From Carcharhinus amblyrhynchos (lineage: Eukaryota): a DNA stretch of 64,000 nucleotides. Position numbers and translations under genes: made by a program. How positions within the stretch are numbered: the stretch's first letter is position 1; every line of letters starts with the position of its first letter. A model generated the notes under the pieces. The model was not told where the DNA came from and did not search any database. It was given only the letters and a program-made list of their open reading frames with translations. Below are positions 1-12,211 of the stretch, one piece after another. The DNA lies in assembly GCA_965287045.1 (NCBI GenBank), contig OZ336877.1:56234001-56298000 (forward strand). The letters run 5' to 3'.

Positions 1-935
1 TCCATGTTGGGCCCCCTATTATTCGTCATTTATATTAATGATGACTGTGTGAGGGTTAGGATTAGTAAGTTTGCAGATGACACAAAAGATTGGACAAGTG
101 GTGAACAGTGAGGCTTAGTTTCTTGGGCTACAAGATGATATAGGTGGAATGATCAAATTGGCAAATAAGTGGCAGATGGAATTTAACCCTGGAAAATGTG
201 AGGTGATACACCTTGGAAGAAGTAATTTGACAAGCAAGTATTACTAGGAATTTCTGTGGAGCAAAGGTTTATATTTGTCCACAGATCTCTGAAAGTACAA
301 GGGCATGTTAGTTGGGTGGTGAAAAGGGCACGTGGAACACTTACCTTTATCTATCAAGGCGTAGATTGCAAAAGCAGCAAAGTCATGTTGGAGTATAGAA
401 CTTTGAGGCCACAGCTGGTGCAGTTCTGGTCATCACATTATCGGAAGAATGATTGCACTGAAGGGGGTGCAGAGGAGATTCACTAGGATGCTGCCTGGAA
501 TGAAATGTGTAAATTATGGAGAGAGATTGGTTAGGCTTGGATTGTTTTCATTGGAGCAGAGAAGACTGAGGGGTGACCTGATTGGGGTGTACAAAGTTGA
601 CAGAGACATGGACAGAGTGGATAAGGAGCAGCTGTTCCCCTTAGTTGAAGGGTCAGTCACAAAAGGACATAGGCTCAAGGTGAGGGACAGAAAGTTTAGG
701 AGAGATGCAATGAAAAGCTTTTTTTCCGAGGGGTGGTGATGGTCTGGAATGTGCTGCCTGAGAGGGTGGTAGAAGTGTGTTGCCTCGCATCCTTTTTAAA
801 AAGTATCTGGATGAGCACTTCGCACATCATAACCTTCAGGCCTATGGGCCAAGTGCTGGCAGATGGGATTAGGTGGGAGTTCAGGTGTTTCTAATGTGCC
901 TGAAAGGCAGCTTCTGCACTGTATGGTTCTATGAA
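1..935 (+). mobile_element. Degenerate CR1-clade LINE, 3' part of ORF2 (RT) plus 3' tail
   Basis: SKFADDTK motif at ~64-87; ORF 449-739 reads ALKGVQRRFTRMLPG..YGERLVRLGLFSLEQRRLRGDLI, typical of the CR1 ORF2 C-terminus; frameshifted. Confidence 0.9.
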
Positions 936-2958
936 TCTAGTGAAAATTGCTGCATCAACATACTTTTTTGGAAGCATTGAAACAAAGCTGTTTTAAATGC
1001 ACTTTATTAATATTTTAAAAAGCAGAATCTTCCTTTTTGATGCCAGTAATTGCAGAAGAAGTGATTTATTGTCAATTCTGTTTCACCTTGTGTAATAATA
1101 GTTGCTCAACTCTGACAGCTCAGTACAAAAGCTGACAGATGATCCCTAATAAACAGCAGCAAAATCAATTGTAGAAGCAGTGTAACTACCTTACCTAAAA
1201 CCCTATTAAAATTTGCACATCATTACAATTAGAGATTCATTGATATTTCCACCTGAATTACTTTAACAGCATTCACTGTTATAAGTACAGTAGTCAAACA
1301 TACTACACAAAAATCTTTTACTGCAGTTATATTTAATTTGACCAGATTTAGTGTATAACCTTGTTACCAAATGAAAAAATCATATGAAGGTTTGTTTTCC
1401 TCCATAATCAAATCTGCAAAACACAAAGGACTTTTAAAGTAGATTTAATGTGATAGGATGGACCAAAAGCAATGACATTTCAAGAGTAGTGCCTGCAGCT
1501 GAATTTGCACAGGATTTTCCTGTTTGACTTCTTTGTGCTAAGTAGTGGTTAGGTAGGATGTTATCATATTCCCTTATAAAAGTGGCCACAAGAAGCATGG
1601 AACATGCAGGCCTTTAGTTCCAGAACAAACTTACCACCAATTGGCTCCAAAAATTAGTTTGGCGTCATTTTGTGACGCATTTAATCGTATTCTACATTTG
1701 AGCAATTTTCAGTATTTTTGCTTTATCTGGTGAACAGAACTGAGTGGTTTTAGAAGGACAGCAGAGTAACAGGGTATCAATCCTTCCCTGTTTTTATTAT
1801 TAGTTTTCAATTCAAATTAAAATGTTAGTTGACTTGATTTGAATTCTGATCTTTTTATTGTGGCATGGATATTCATTATCATACTGATCAAACATCATTA
1901 TTTGATTCTTATATGAAGTCTTCCATAGTTCAAAATAAACAATGACTGGCAGGTAATGAATGATCTGGCCAATCCAACCTGTCCTCACAGTTGCAATACC
2001 TTGTGTATTATTTATTTAGATTTCAACTATTCATTTCAGTGATCAGGCTTGGTGATTTTTCCTGTGTAATATCTGGAAATAAACAGAGCAAATGGACATG
2101 CACATTAATGGAACCTTATCCAGTACAGTGTGTTGATCTCCCAGTACCTGTAGACCACATTTTACAAATCTGTAGTGCTCCTTATGTGGAGAGATACCTC
2201 AAAAGTGCTTCACGTTGAAAAGTACAAAGGAATGGATGCTGAGCAGGAGGAGTGTTGACTGGGAAATAAAATGCACGATAGAAGAAAGGTGTTTCTGGGA
2301 AGTTTTTGTTAAAAGCTGAGAGAGTGGAGAGAACTAAATAGAGAGGGTATGACTGGCGTGGCTAAATGAGAGGCCATCAACAGCAGAGTCAGAATTGAGA
2401 AATGGTAAGAAGCTTGGTGTTGGACTAAAGCAGGATGCAGGTGCAGCATATATATTGTGAAATGTTTAGTTTGTTTTCCAATAGCTCTTTTGGTCCTCTC
2501 CAAATAGCCCCAGAAATCGGAGGATGACTATGTTGAATGCTGTTATCTAAAATCGTCAATAGCTGTCAGTTCACCAATAGCTTCCCTTCAATTTCTGTAA
2601 AGCCCAACAAAGATGCCAGAGTTTTGACTGATTACTCTTATCTGTGAACTAAGAATTGCAACTATTTTGACTACTCATTCTAGATGTGTTTCATCCAATG
2701 CCAGAATATCTGTTCATTGAATCAGGCAGAACATCTGCTTTGCAAAGTAAGATCATGCCCAAGGGACCAAGTTGAACATAGCACATAACAGCCATCAGTT
2801 CATGATGACCACTGTATGGGCAGAGTGAGGGACATAATGGAATTTGGGAGATATGTATTCTTGGGACTAGTAATTGCCATAGGAGAAATGGTTACAATGT
2901 AGTTTCTGTTAATGTATTTAATTGTGTGAGTGAGAAATCTGAAATAATCCTCTTTCAG

Positions 2959-3060
2959 ATTTACAGTCCTGTTTGATCTGTGTTGCAAGAAGAGTTCCTG
3001 TGAAGGAAAGGCCGCAATTTGGTAACACTGAAAGTTTTAACACAAGACATGATTTAACAG
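2959..3060 (+). CDS. NCOA2: NCOA2 coding exon (~exon 8), PAS-A/PAS-B linker
   Basis: tctttcag|AT..ACAG|gtaaaa; 102 nt, phase 1-1; [35 protein letters not shown]. Confidence 0.95.
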
Positions 3061-3172
3061 GTAAAACAACACACCTACCTTCTAATTTGAGATTTTGCTT
3101 GTACGTATTGGAGGTTTGACAAATGATTTTTTTCCTCCCCCATTCTCTTACCCTCTTTAAAAATAAAACTAG

Positions 3173-3313
3173 GCAAACTAATATCTCTGGATATAAATGC
3201 ATTACGCGCATCTATGAAACCAGGTTGGGAAGACTTAGTGCGACGGTGTATTCAAAGATTTCACCTGCAAAATGACAAAGAGATTGCATTTGCTAAGAGG
3301 CATCATCATGAAG
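3173..3313 (+). CDS. NCOA2: NCOA2 coding exon (~exon 9), PAS-B
   Basis: ctag|GC..GAAG|gtaagg; 141 nt after a 112-nt intron; [47 protein letters not shown]. Confidence 0.95.
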
Positions 3314-3754
3314 GTAAGGACTTTTGTAGATCTGGGGGCCCAGGGCAATACAAAATTAAGTAAGTGTGCAGTACAAATCAAAACAAAATAAAATTTCAAT
3401 TGAAATGAAAGTAGAAAATCAGTGTTTGAAAAGCAAAAAAAAACAGATTAACGCTGAAACCTTTGTCAAAATCTTTCTGATAAGACATTCGCAAGTGAAA
3501 TTTTAGTCCATATTTTCTTTCTATCTGTTGAAGGACTTGCTATGTATTTCCTGTGCTTTTTCTCTCTTGGATGTAGTACCGTGTAAAATGGGATACACTT
3601 GATTTATTTTTCCAACCTCCTAACCTGAGAGCTTTGCTATTTTGCTGGTGGGCTTGACTGTGCATGTTGCAGACTAATTTGACTGCAGTGGACTTGCTGT
3701 TGAGTGTGACCCTGCCCCAAACCTGTCCCTTAGCCACTCTACCTTTTATTCAGT

Positions 3755-4133
3755 CAGCTGTGGCTCATTTGGTACCACTCATGCCGAGAAGGTTCAGGTT
3801 TCAGGTCCCACTCCAGGACTTTGTTGCAGCACTGAGGGAGTGCTGCACTGTTGGAGGTGCTGGCTTTTGGATGACATGATGAACAGTCTGCCCTTTCAGA
3901 TGGATGTAAAAGATCCCATGAAATTATTTCAAAGAAGAGCCTGGCAGTTAATCCAAATGTTCATCTCTCAATCAACATCTTTAAAACAGATTATCTGGTC
4001 CTTCTCACACTGTTGTATATGGAAGCAGCTGTGTTTCCTATATTACAACAGTGAATACTTTTCAACAATACTTCACTGACTGTGAAGCCATAGGGTTATT
4101 AAAGGCTATTTATAAATGCAACCTTTTCTTTTT
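3755..4133 (+). mobile_element. tRNA-headed Deu-type SINE (SacSINE1-like)
   Basis: Box A-like tggctcatttggta, degenerate box B ggtttcaggtccc, body gcactgagggagtgctgcactgttggagg..ggatgtaaaagatcccatg, tail tataaatgcaaccttttcttt. Confidence 0.7.
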
Positions 4134-4897
4134 TTGAGATCACATTAATTAGCACAGGTTAGAAACTCAACCTGCAGTCTCCTAGGCTTGTATGTTTCAA
4201 TAGATAAACTTGGTAAGCCATTAGGAGAGCCAGCAAGCATTTAAATATAATTTACAGGATAAGTTTAAAGACCATCATTGTGATTGTTGTATTATTGTAT
4301 AAAATCTTGCATTTTAATCACAATTTATTCCTTAATCTTTGAATTTGGGTACAGCAGAGATAGCTGAGAGTGAAGTTGTGAGCAGTTACAAAATGAAAGC
4401 TCTCATATTTGATCCCTGATTTATAGCGAATTTCCCGATCTAAGCCGGTTCTGCACCGGATTGCCAGCACCCAAGTCCTGGAATGGGTCTTGAAACCAGA
4501 ACCTGCAAGGCAGGAGGGCGACCAAATAATCCACAGCTGACAAAATGAAAGGTAGCATGGCAGTTATTTGCCTGTGCTTGATAGGGGTTGGAGCAGAGTC
4601 ACGCTCAACACCCACTGCAGAAAGCAATGATTTGCCTAGACATTCCCTGAATTAAAACTCCTGTTTTCATGCTGGTAGCAGTATTGGAAAGTACTTGTGA
4701 AGTTCAACGTAATCTGTTGACACATCCAAACAGTGGTCACCTGGGTCAGATATCAAAGGGCTATCATTAACGATAAAGCGGTATCCCAGCACTCAGCACT
4801 TCGATTAGAAGAGATTTTTTCAGAATTGTATACCTGATACTTGGAACATTTAAGACAATTTTCTTACTTTTTTCTGCTCAATTTACCTGATTTGTAG

Positions 4898-5045
4898 TGT
4901 TGAGGCAAGGACAGGCTATGAGCCCTGTATATCGGTTTTCGTTATCTGATGGCACCATGGTTGCTGCACAAACTAGGAGCAAGCTTATGCGCACTCCAAA
5001 CACCAGTGAGCCTCAATTTATCATGTCGATGCATTTTGTTCAAAG
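4898..5045 (+). CDS. NCOA2: NCOA2 coding exon (~exon 10), PAS-B end
   Basis: tttgtag|TG..AAAG|gtaagc; 148 nt, phase 1-2; [50 protein letters not shown]. Confidence 0.95.
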
Positions 5046-6674
5046 GTAAGCAAAAACCCCCTCCTTTGAATGCCTAAACAAATTTTAAATTGTAAATTTG
5101 ATTGAATGGTTTGTTGTTATAACCCGTCAATTAAATTGAGTGGAATGTGACAGTAGCATCAGAATGATCCAACTTGATCTGTTTAACTTAATTAATTATG
5201 ATATGCATGAGTTTTTGCGTTTTATATGAGACACATTTTGGGTTCAGTATCAACCTCATATCCATATGTATACGTTGTCTTAACAATGATCCAGCGTGCC
5301 CCTTCTGCTACTCAAGTTCTGGTTTAACTGAAGCGTGAGATAAAGTAATTGACTCAAACTCAAAGGCTGAACCTCCAACTTGGAATCAAAGCAATGGGGA
5401 TGGAGGATATGGCAAAATGGCAGGGTGGGTGATGCCAATTGCCCTCCCATGCACATACCACATTGAGAATGGTGGGAAACATGGCAACTCTGCCATCTGT
5501 CTGCTGGTAGCCAATTGAGCTACTGATGTGGCCAATTAAGAGCTTCTTCCACATTGGGAGGGCTGTCATCATCTGGGGAGGCCACCGAAGTGAAATCTGG
5601 TGGTGGGGGAGATGCCACCCTCCTCTTTTGTCACCCCATGGCTATGATGGGGTGGCCCTTTATGGCAGTTGCACCATTGATGCTATATGCCCAATCCAAC
5701 TCCCCATTTGCCAGGCCCGGTTTCCTCCAACTTAAGCCAATTTTCTTGGAGGACATCGTACTACTGGGGCACATTCTCCATGGAGCTACAGCTTCCAACG
5801 ATCACTGTCATAGGTGTCGTGACGAATTGCTGCTGCTGATGGGGCCACAGTTCCTGGACAAAATGCTGTGCTGAGTTGCATGGCTTGCCAAAGTGGGGGC
5901 ATCTCCTGCTTTTGGCTCCAGTGGCATGGTGTGCCAGTACATGGTAAAATTCAGCCTGTAGCTTCACTTTTGGACTTGTAGTCTAAGACAGACTCTAGCT
6001 ACACCTCGGCTTCGGCCTGAGATAGTAACATAGATATATCATACATGAAATATACAAATGAACAGAATGTAGTTTTCCGTGAAATTGGGGGACACCCTAT
6101 GCTCCTACTTTCATGCACCCTGAGATGTGGCATACACTTGAATTCAAGTTAAGCTGTTCCAAACTTGCTGGTTCCAGCTTTCTGATGTAACTTGGTTGTG
6201 CTCAGTCATTCTGTCAGTGTGTGCGAGAGAAATAAGTAGCATCTTAAGACTGCAAAGGTGGGGTTAGGCCCCCTCCAAATTGTCAATCTCCAAAAGCCCT
6301 AAACTTGACTCCCTCCTTCCAATGGAGAAAACAACTCTTCTCCTTGTTCAGTTAACCCAGAAAGACTGGTTATCAATGCTGTGTAACCAGGCTGTTTGAG
6401 TCAAGATGCTAAATTTAGCACTATAGAAATATTGTATTTTTTTAAGACTCAGTTGGGGTAATAAAATTCAAGACAAAGCCATTGCATTCTGGTCTTCTGA
6501 TGGTTTGAACTTTCACTAGATGATGTATTCTAATATAATTGATTCAAACAATGAAAATCTGAAGTAGGCTGTTTCAGGCAAAATACAATTTTGAATGTAA
6601 ACTTTTTTAAAAAAATCACAATTTCATATTCTCAGTTCATTTGCATGATTTGTATATTTTGTTTAAAACTGCAG

Positions 6675-7950
6675 AGAACAGAATGTGTGTGGGATGAATC
6701 AGGAAGCAACTGGACAAGGAATGGTGAAACCAATAAATCCAACTTCCAGCAGTGCAGCCATGGCAAGTGTTTCTGCTGCAACAACTAGTCAAGAGATGCC
6801 AATGCACAGCAATACAAGTTTTTCTATGAATGGCCTGAAGGAGCAAGCTGGCATGGGACAAATGCCAGGAAACAGGTTTGTTACAGGTGGAATGAACCAT
6901 GTCTCAGGCATGCAAGCAGCCACTCCTCAGGGTAGTAACTATGCACTCAAAATGAACAGCCCATCAAGAAGCAGCCCTGGCGTGACTGCAGGGCAACAGA
7001 ATTCAATGCTTTCGCCGAGACACCGTGGCAGTCCTGGTATGATTGGAAGCCCTCGCATCTCAGCTAATCAGTTTTCTCCTATAGGGAACTTGCATTCTCC
7101 AGTGGGGGTTTGTAGCACCACAGGGAATAGCCATAGCTACTCCAACAACTCCCTTAATGCACTTCAAGCCCTCAGTGAAGGTCATGGGGTATCACCCGAA
7201 CTAAAAATGGTGACTTCACAAAGTTCCCCCGGAAGCATCAACCCCTCACTAGTTAAAAAAGGGAGCATGGACTCCAAAGATTCTTTTGGATTGTTTGGTG
7301 AGCAAGTTCAAACGGAGAATACAGCTGGACAGTTGGAAAGTGGACTTTCTGGCGAGCAGAAAGACAGTAATGAAAGTAATTTAAATCCATTTGGTGGTGG
7401 AGAAAGGACTGATGGGCAAGGCAGAGGGCACGATGGCAAAGGCCACACCAAACTCTTACAATTACTGATCACTAAATCTGATCAAATGGAATCTTCCCCC
7501 TTGGCAAATACCACTGGGGATTCTGTTAAGGACTCTACGGGGAATTCATCAGGACTACTGTCTACTTCAGCAGTGACATCCTCCACAACCAACACCTCTT
7601 CATCACATGGGCCCTCACTGAAAGAAAAACACAAAATTTTGCATAGACTTCTGCAGGACAGCACATCTCCTGTAGACTTGGCAAAGTTGACAGCAGAGGC
7701 CACAGGTAAAGAACCCAACCAGGACATGAGCAGTTCAATTCCTGGTGCAGAACTAACTGTTAAACAGGAGCAAATGAGCCCCAAGAAGAAAGAAAATGCA
7801 CTACTTCGTTACTTACTGGATAAAGATGACACAAGTATGCATAATATTAAGCCTAAACTAGAACGGTTGGATAGCAAGTTGGATTCCTGCATGAGCACTA
7901 AAACAACCATAAAGTCTGAGAAGGAGATTAACTTTGAGCCATCTGAACAG
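6675..7950 (+). CDS. NCOA2: NCOA2 large exon (~exon 11): S/T-rich region and NR boxes I-III
   Basis: ctgcag|A..CAG|gtgatt; 1276 nt, phase 2-0; LxxLL boxes [21 protein letters not shown] and [13 protein letters not shown], whose flanks match NCOA2 rather than NCOA1/3. Confidence 0.97.
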
Positions 7951-8785
7951 GTGATTGTGATTATTCATACAGTTCAATATGAAAATGCGACAGTGATAAT
8001 GTTTCTGTAATCTTTGGTTTCTTGCTGAAGATACATGATCCCACTAGTGAAACGTTTGTACTTGGGATCAGTGGCTAATACTTGTGCTAAAATGGGAAGT
8101 CTTCTGAACAACTAAGATGTGCCTCATATAATCTAATCTCGTCAAGTAATTGCAGACAGGAGGTCAGAACAGATTGGTTCTGGCTGTGATTACTGGGGGC
8201 ATAACTAAGTTTCTCTTTAGAAGATGGAAGTGAAAGATATTTTCTAGTTTATGGGGGGGGAAATGATCGTGTTTGAATGAAAAACATTAAATACTTTTAC
8301 CTGCTTGGGGAATATTTTGCCAATGCTGTTCAATATTTCAGCAGTATGAAGTGATTTGGAGAATCATTTGGCATTTCATACTGTTTTAAACATACGATCT
8401 TCATTACTTATTGAAAAAAGAATGACCAGCATTGCTGCTTTAACGGTACTTGTATAGAAAGCTGCATTTCAATGTTGGTGCTTAATTTTTGAAATGACCA
8501 TCTTCTAATGCTAACTGTTCCTTAAGTGCATAGTAAAACATTTTATATGTGCCACACTATTTTATAGGTTTTAAAAATATTAATTCATTAATTCCCATAC
8601 ATGCTCTTTCTTTATACAGTTTGGATAATTATGGGAAAACCATACCAACTGATATTGAGTTACAGTGCCCCATGATTTCATTCCATTTCATGTTGTACCT
8701 TAGATGCGGGCTTTAAAGCAATGTTTCTTCCACCTCATAGTTTTCACTTTCACTTCCACACACTCTCTCCTTTCCTTCGCTATGT

Positions 8786-8862
8786 ACGGTATGCTTTGCT
8801 TGAATAGTGCGCAAGAAACAATACTTTTCACTGTATACTAATACAAGTGTCAATAATAAATC
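8786..8862 (+). repeat. Short LINE-like 3' tail fragment, second copy at ~18535-18612
   Basis: ggtatgctttg..gcaagaaacaatacttttcactgtata..aataaa occurs twice in the window. Confidence 0.55.
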
Positions 8863-8975
8863 GGTAATCAATAATAAAATAATAGGGCTTCTATTTCCCA
8901 CAATATAGTTCCACATGTACTATTACCTCATTTTCATTTTATTCCATCCCACAATCATTCCCCCCCCCACCATAA

Positions 8976-10097
8976 ATGTTGGCCTTTATAGCGAGAGGGA
9001 TAGAATATAAAAGTAGGGAGGTCTTGCTGCAACTGTACAGAGTACAGATGCCGGAGTTGAAGGGGTTGAGCTATGAGGAGAGGCTGAATAAACTAGGCTT
9101 GTACTCGTTAGAGTTTAGAAGGATGAGGGGAGATCTCATTGAGACGTATAAGATGATGAATGGGATGGATAGGATAGAGGTGGAGAGACTCTTCCCACTC
9201 AGAAAGGATAGTAGGACTAGGGGGCACAGCCTCAAGATAAAGGGGGGGCGGTTTAGAACGGAGTTGAGGAGGAACTTCTTCACTCAAAGGGTGGTGAATC
9301 TCTGGAATTCTCTGCCCGTTGAAGTGGTGGAGGCTGCCTCGCTAAATATTTTTAAGACGCGGGTTGATGGGTTTTTGATAAGAGAGGGGATTAAGGGTTA
9401 TGGGGGGAGGGCAGGAATGTGGAACTGAGCCACGACAGATCAGCCATGACCTTATTGAATGGCGGGGCAGGCTCGAGTGGCTAGATGGCCTACTTCTGCT
9501 CCTATTTCTTATGTTCTTATGAGTACTGGTGAGGCTGCAGCTGGAGTACTGTATGCAATTTTGGTTGCCGCACTTGCGGAAGGATATATTGGCCTTGGAG
9601 GGAGTGCAGAGGAGGTTCACTAGGCTGATACCGAAGATGAGGGGGTTGGACTATGAAGAGAGACTAAATAGACTGGATCTGTACTCATTGAAGTTTAGAA
9701 GGATATGGAGGGATCTTATAGAGACATATAAGATGATGAAGAGGATGGATAGGGTAGAGGTAGAGAGATTCTTCCCGCTTAGAAAGGATAGCAGGACTAG
9801 AGGACACAGCCTCAAGATAAGGGGGGGTGCGGTTTAGATCGGAGTTGAGGAGGAACTTCTTCACTCAAAGGATGGTGAATCTCTGGAATTCTCTGCCAGT
9901 TGAAGTGGCGAAGGCTACCTCGCTAAATATATTTAAGTCACGGGTAGATAATTCCCCTGTCTATCAGAAACCTAAGGGTTATGGGGAGAAAGCGGGAAAG
10001 TGGAACTGAGCCACTTCAGATCAGCCATGATCTTATTGAATGGTGGGGCAGGCTCGAAGGGCTAGATGGCCTACTCCTGCTCCTATTTCTTATGTTC
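8976..10097 (+). mobile_element. Nested CR1 LINE 3' fragments (inner copy 9046-9520 inside an outer copy)
   Basis: Two near-identical ORF2 C-termini, each ending in a ttcttatg tail; 6-bp TSD gagtac at 9040-9045 and 9521-9526. Confidence 0.9.
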
Positions 10098-10399
10098 ACC
10101 CGCCAAAAAGACCCATTGCCTTACCCATTCCTCATTTGAGCTGAAACCTTGAGTATCATCAGGAATGTTAGATAGCAGACAGTTGAGGGTATTATCCAAT
10201 TACAGCTAAAGCCAGTTGCAGCCTTACCCAATATTCATGCAGAACTGGCTGGATAGCGATCAGGAGCAGGATTGTTTGATGTTTCTCCTTTCCCTACCTG
10301 AGCTTATGTATAATGAGGCCAGTTGTATCAGTGCTGGTTGCTGCAAGAGATGAAAAACATTAGAACCAGTGCAAAGAGTGCTGATCCCCAAGTATCAAG

Positions 10400-10765
10400 T
10401 TTTCTGAGGCAAGACTGGAGAAGCTTGTGATTTTCAGCCTGATGTGGAGGCATCTAATTAGTGACTTTATAAAGCTATGCAAGATGGTTAGAAAATGAAA
10501 CCCTGATTGTTAATTAAATGACAAAAATAGTGTAAAGAGCCATGGATTCAAATTCGTAAAAGGTGTCCTGAGAACTGATGTTAGGAAATTATTCTTTATA
10601 CAAAGGGTGTTCAGCTCATGGAATGGACTTCCAGGAAGGCCAGTAAGGACAACTACTCTGGAATATCTTTCAAAATTGGATGCTGAAATGGGGCTCTTTC
10701 AAGATTAATTAATTTAGACAGGCCAAATGGCCTTCCTTGTCCATTTAATTTTCTTGTGATTCTGT
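10400..10765 (+). mobile_element. Old degenerate CR1-like LINE 3' fragment
   Basis: agagccatggattcaaa..actgatgttaggaaattattctttatacaaagggtgttcagctcatggaatggacttcca, a decayed RGH..RKFF.QRV..WN.LP motif. Confidence 0.6.
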
Positions 10766-11234
10766 TGGTTTTCCCATCCCTAAGTATTTGTTTGGAATTG
10801 AATCCAAAGCCTTCTGGTCTTAGTGTCATACGAAGCAGCACTTCCGCCAATTAGATCAAGTATGCAGGCTTACAGTAGCAAATGAGAAATTTAGTTCAGT
10901 TTGGCAGGATCCATTTATTTCATGATTTTCATATCTGCTCAAGTGCAGGTCAGAAACTACATAGATTATGTAGCACTTTTAACATTAAATGTCCGAAGTA
11001 GTTTCACAGAGGATATTTTGGGAACAAAATATCACGCCAAACCACACAACATATTAGGACAGATGACCAAAAGCTTGGTCAAAGAAGAAAATTTTATGGG
11101 AAGCAAGAGAGGCAAAAGTGGGAAGTTTTAGAGCAGGTTTCCAGAGCTTAAGGCCTTGCAGCTGAAAACATTGTCACAAATTGGAATAATTAAAATCAGG
11201 ATGTTGCGGAAGCTAGAATTCGCAGCGTGTACTA

Positions 11235-11530
11235 ATGGAAGAGTCAGTTACTAGGGGGCATAGGTTTAAAGTGCACGGGGCAAGGTTTAAAGGAGATGTA
11301 TGAGGCAGAATTTTTAGAGACTAATGGGTGCCTGGAACTCGTTGCCAGGGGAGGTAGTGGAAGCAGATACGGTAGTGACTTTTAAGGGGCATCTTGACAA
11401 GTATATGAATAGGAAGGGAATAGAGGGATATGGTTCCCAGAAGTGTTTTAGTTATGTTGGGCAGTATGGTTGGTGCAGACTTGGAGGGCTGAAGGGCCAG
11501 TTCCTGTGCTGTAATTTTCTTTGTTCTTTG
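11235..11530 (+). mobile_element. CR1 LINE 3' end
   Basis: actagggggcataggtttaaagtg; ORF WNSLPGEVVEADTVVTFKGHLDKYMN; ttctttgttcttt tail. Confidence 0.85.
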
Positions 11531-11983
11531 ATGTTACAGCACTAGGTACAGACATTTAGTGCAGCATTTTAGTACAATAAGTGTATATTTTTTAAAAATA
11601 TACTCTTTTTGTGATAATGTATCCAACTACTATTTAGTATATGGTCGTGGACAAAGCAAACAGCAACACTTCCCATCTCAAGTCAGACTCCTGCTGGTGT
11701 ATGGATCCCAAATAGCCTGCAGTGGCCATCTTCATGTCTCACATGGGTAGTGCACATTGCCTCTTCAACCATTTTGTGGAGCACAACCGAGCTGAGCCCA
11801 ACCATTGTACATACTGTCCAATGTATGTACAAAGTCTGCTGGCGAGCAATTAGAAATGGGAAGCTTGGTTAATTTTCTTCTCTGTCACTCTTGGTATGAA
11901 CACTTGTCAGAGTGCTAAGACAATGGATACATCCCCAACTCCATGCGAGGCAAATCTTTTTTCTCGTAACTCTTAAATCTTAA

Positions 11984-12211
11984 AGATAAAGACACTACTG
12001 CGGATGCAGGAATCTGAAACAAAAACAGAAAATTCTGGAAAGCCTCAGCAGGTCTGACAGCATCTGTGGAGCGAGAATAGAGACAACATTTTGAATCTGA
12101 ATGACCCTTCGTCAGAGCTCTGACAAAGGGTCATCCAGACTTGAAACATTGGCTCTATTCTCTCTCCTTAGATGCTGTCAGACCTGCTGAGATTTTCCAG
12201 CATTTTCTGTT
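11984..12211. mobile_element. Palindromic Penelope-like terminal-repeat insertion (family 1, copy A)
   Basis: Inverted arms around gtcagagctctgac (12111-12124); TSD ttaaatcttaa at 11973-11983 and 12212-12222. Confidence 0.8.

Noticed and set aside
6675-7950. Assignment to NCOA3 or NCOA1
   Set aside because: NR box flanks ([24 protein letters not shown]) and the exon 8, 15, 20 and 21 peptides fit NCOA2 best.
6685-8010. Stand-alone 441-aa gene
   Set aside because: It is an internal exon (6675-7950); the VIVIIH.. tail is read-through into the intron.
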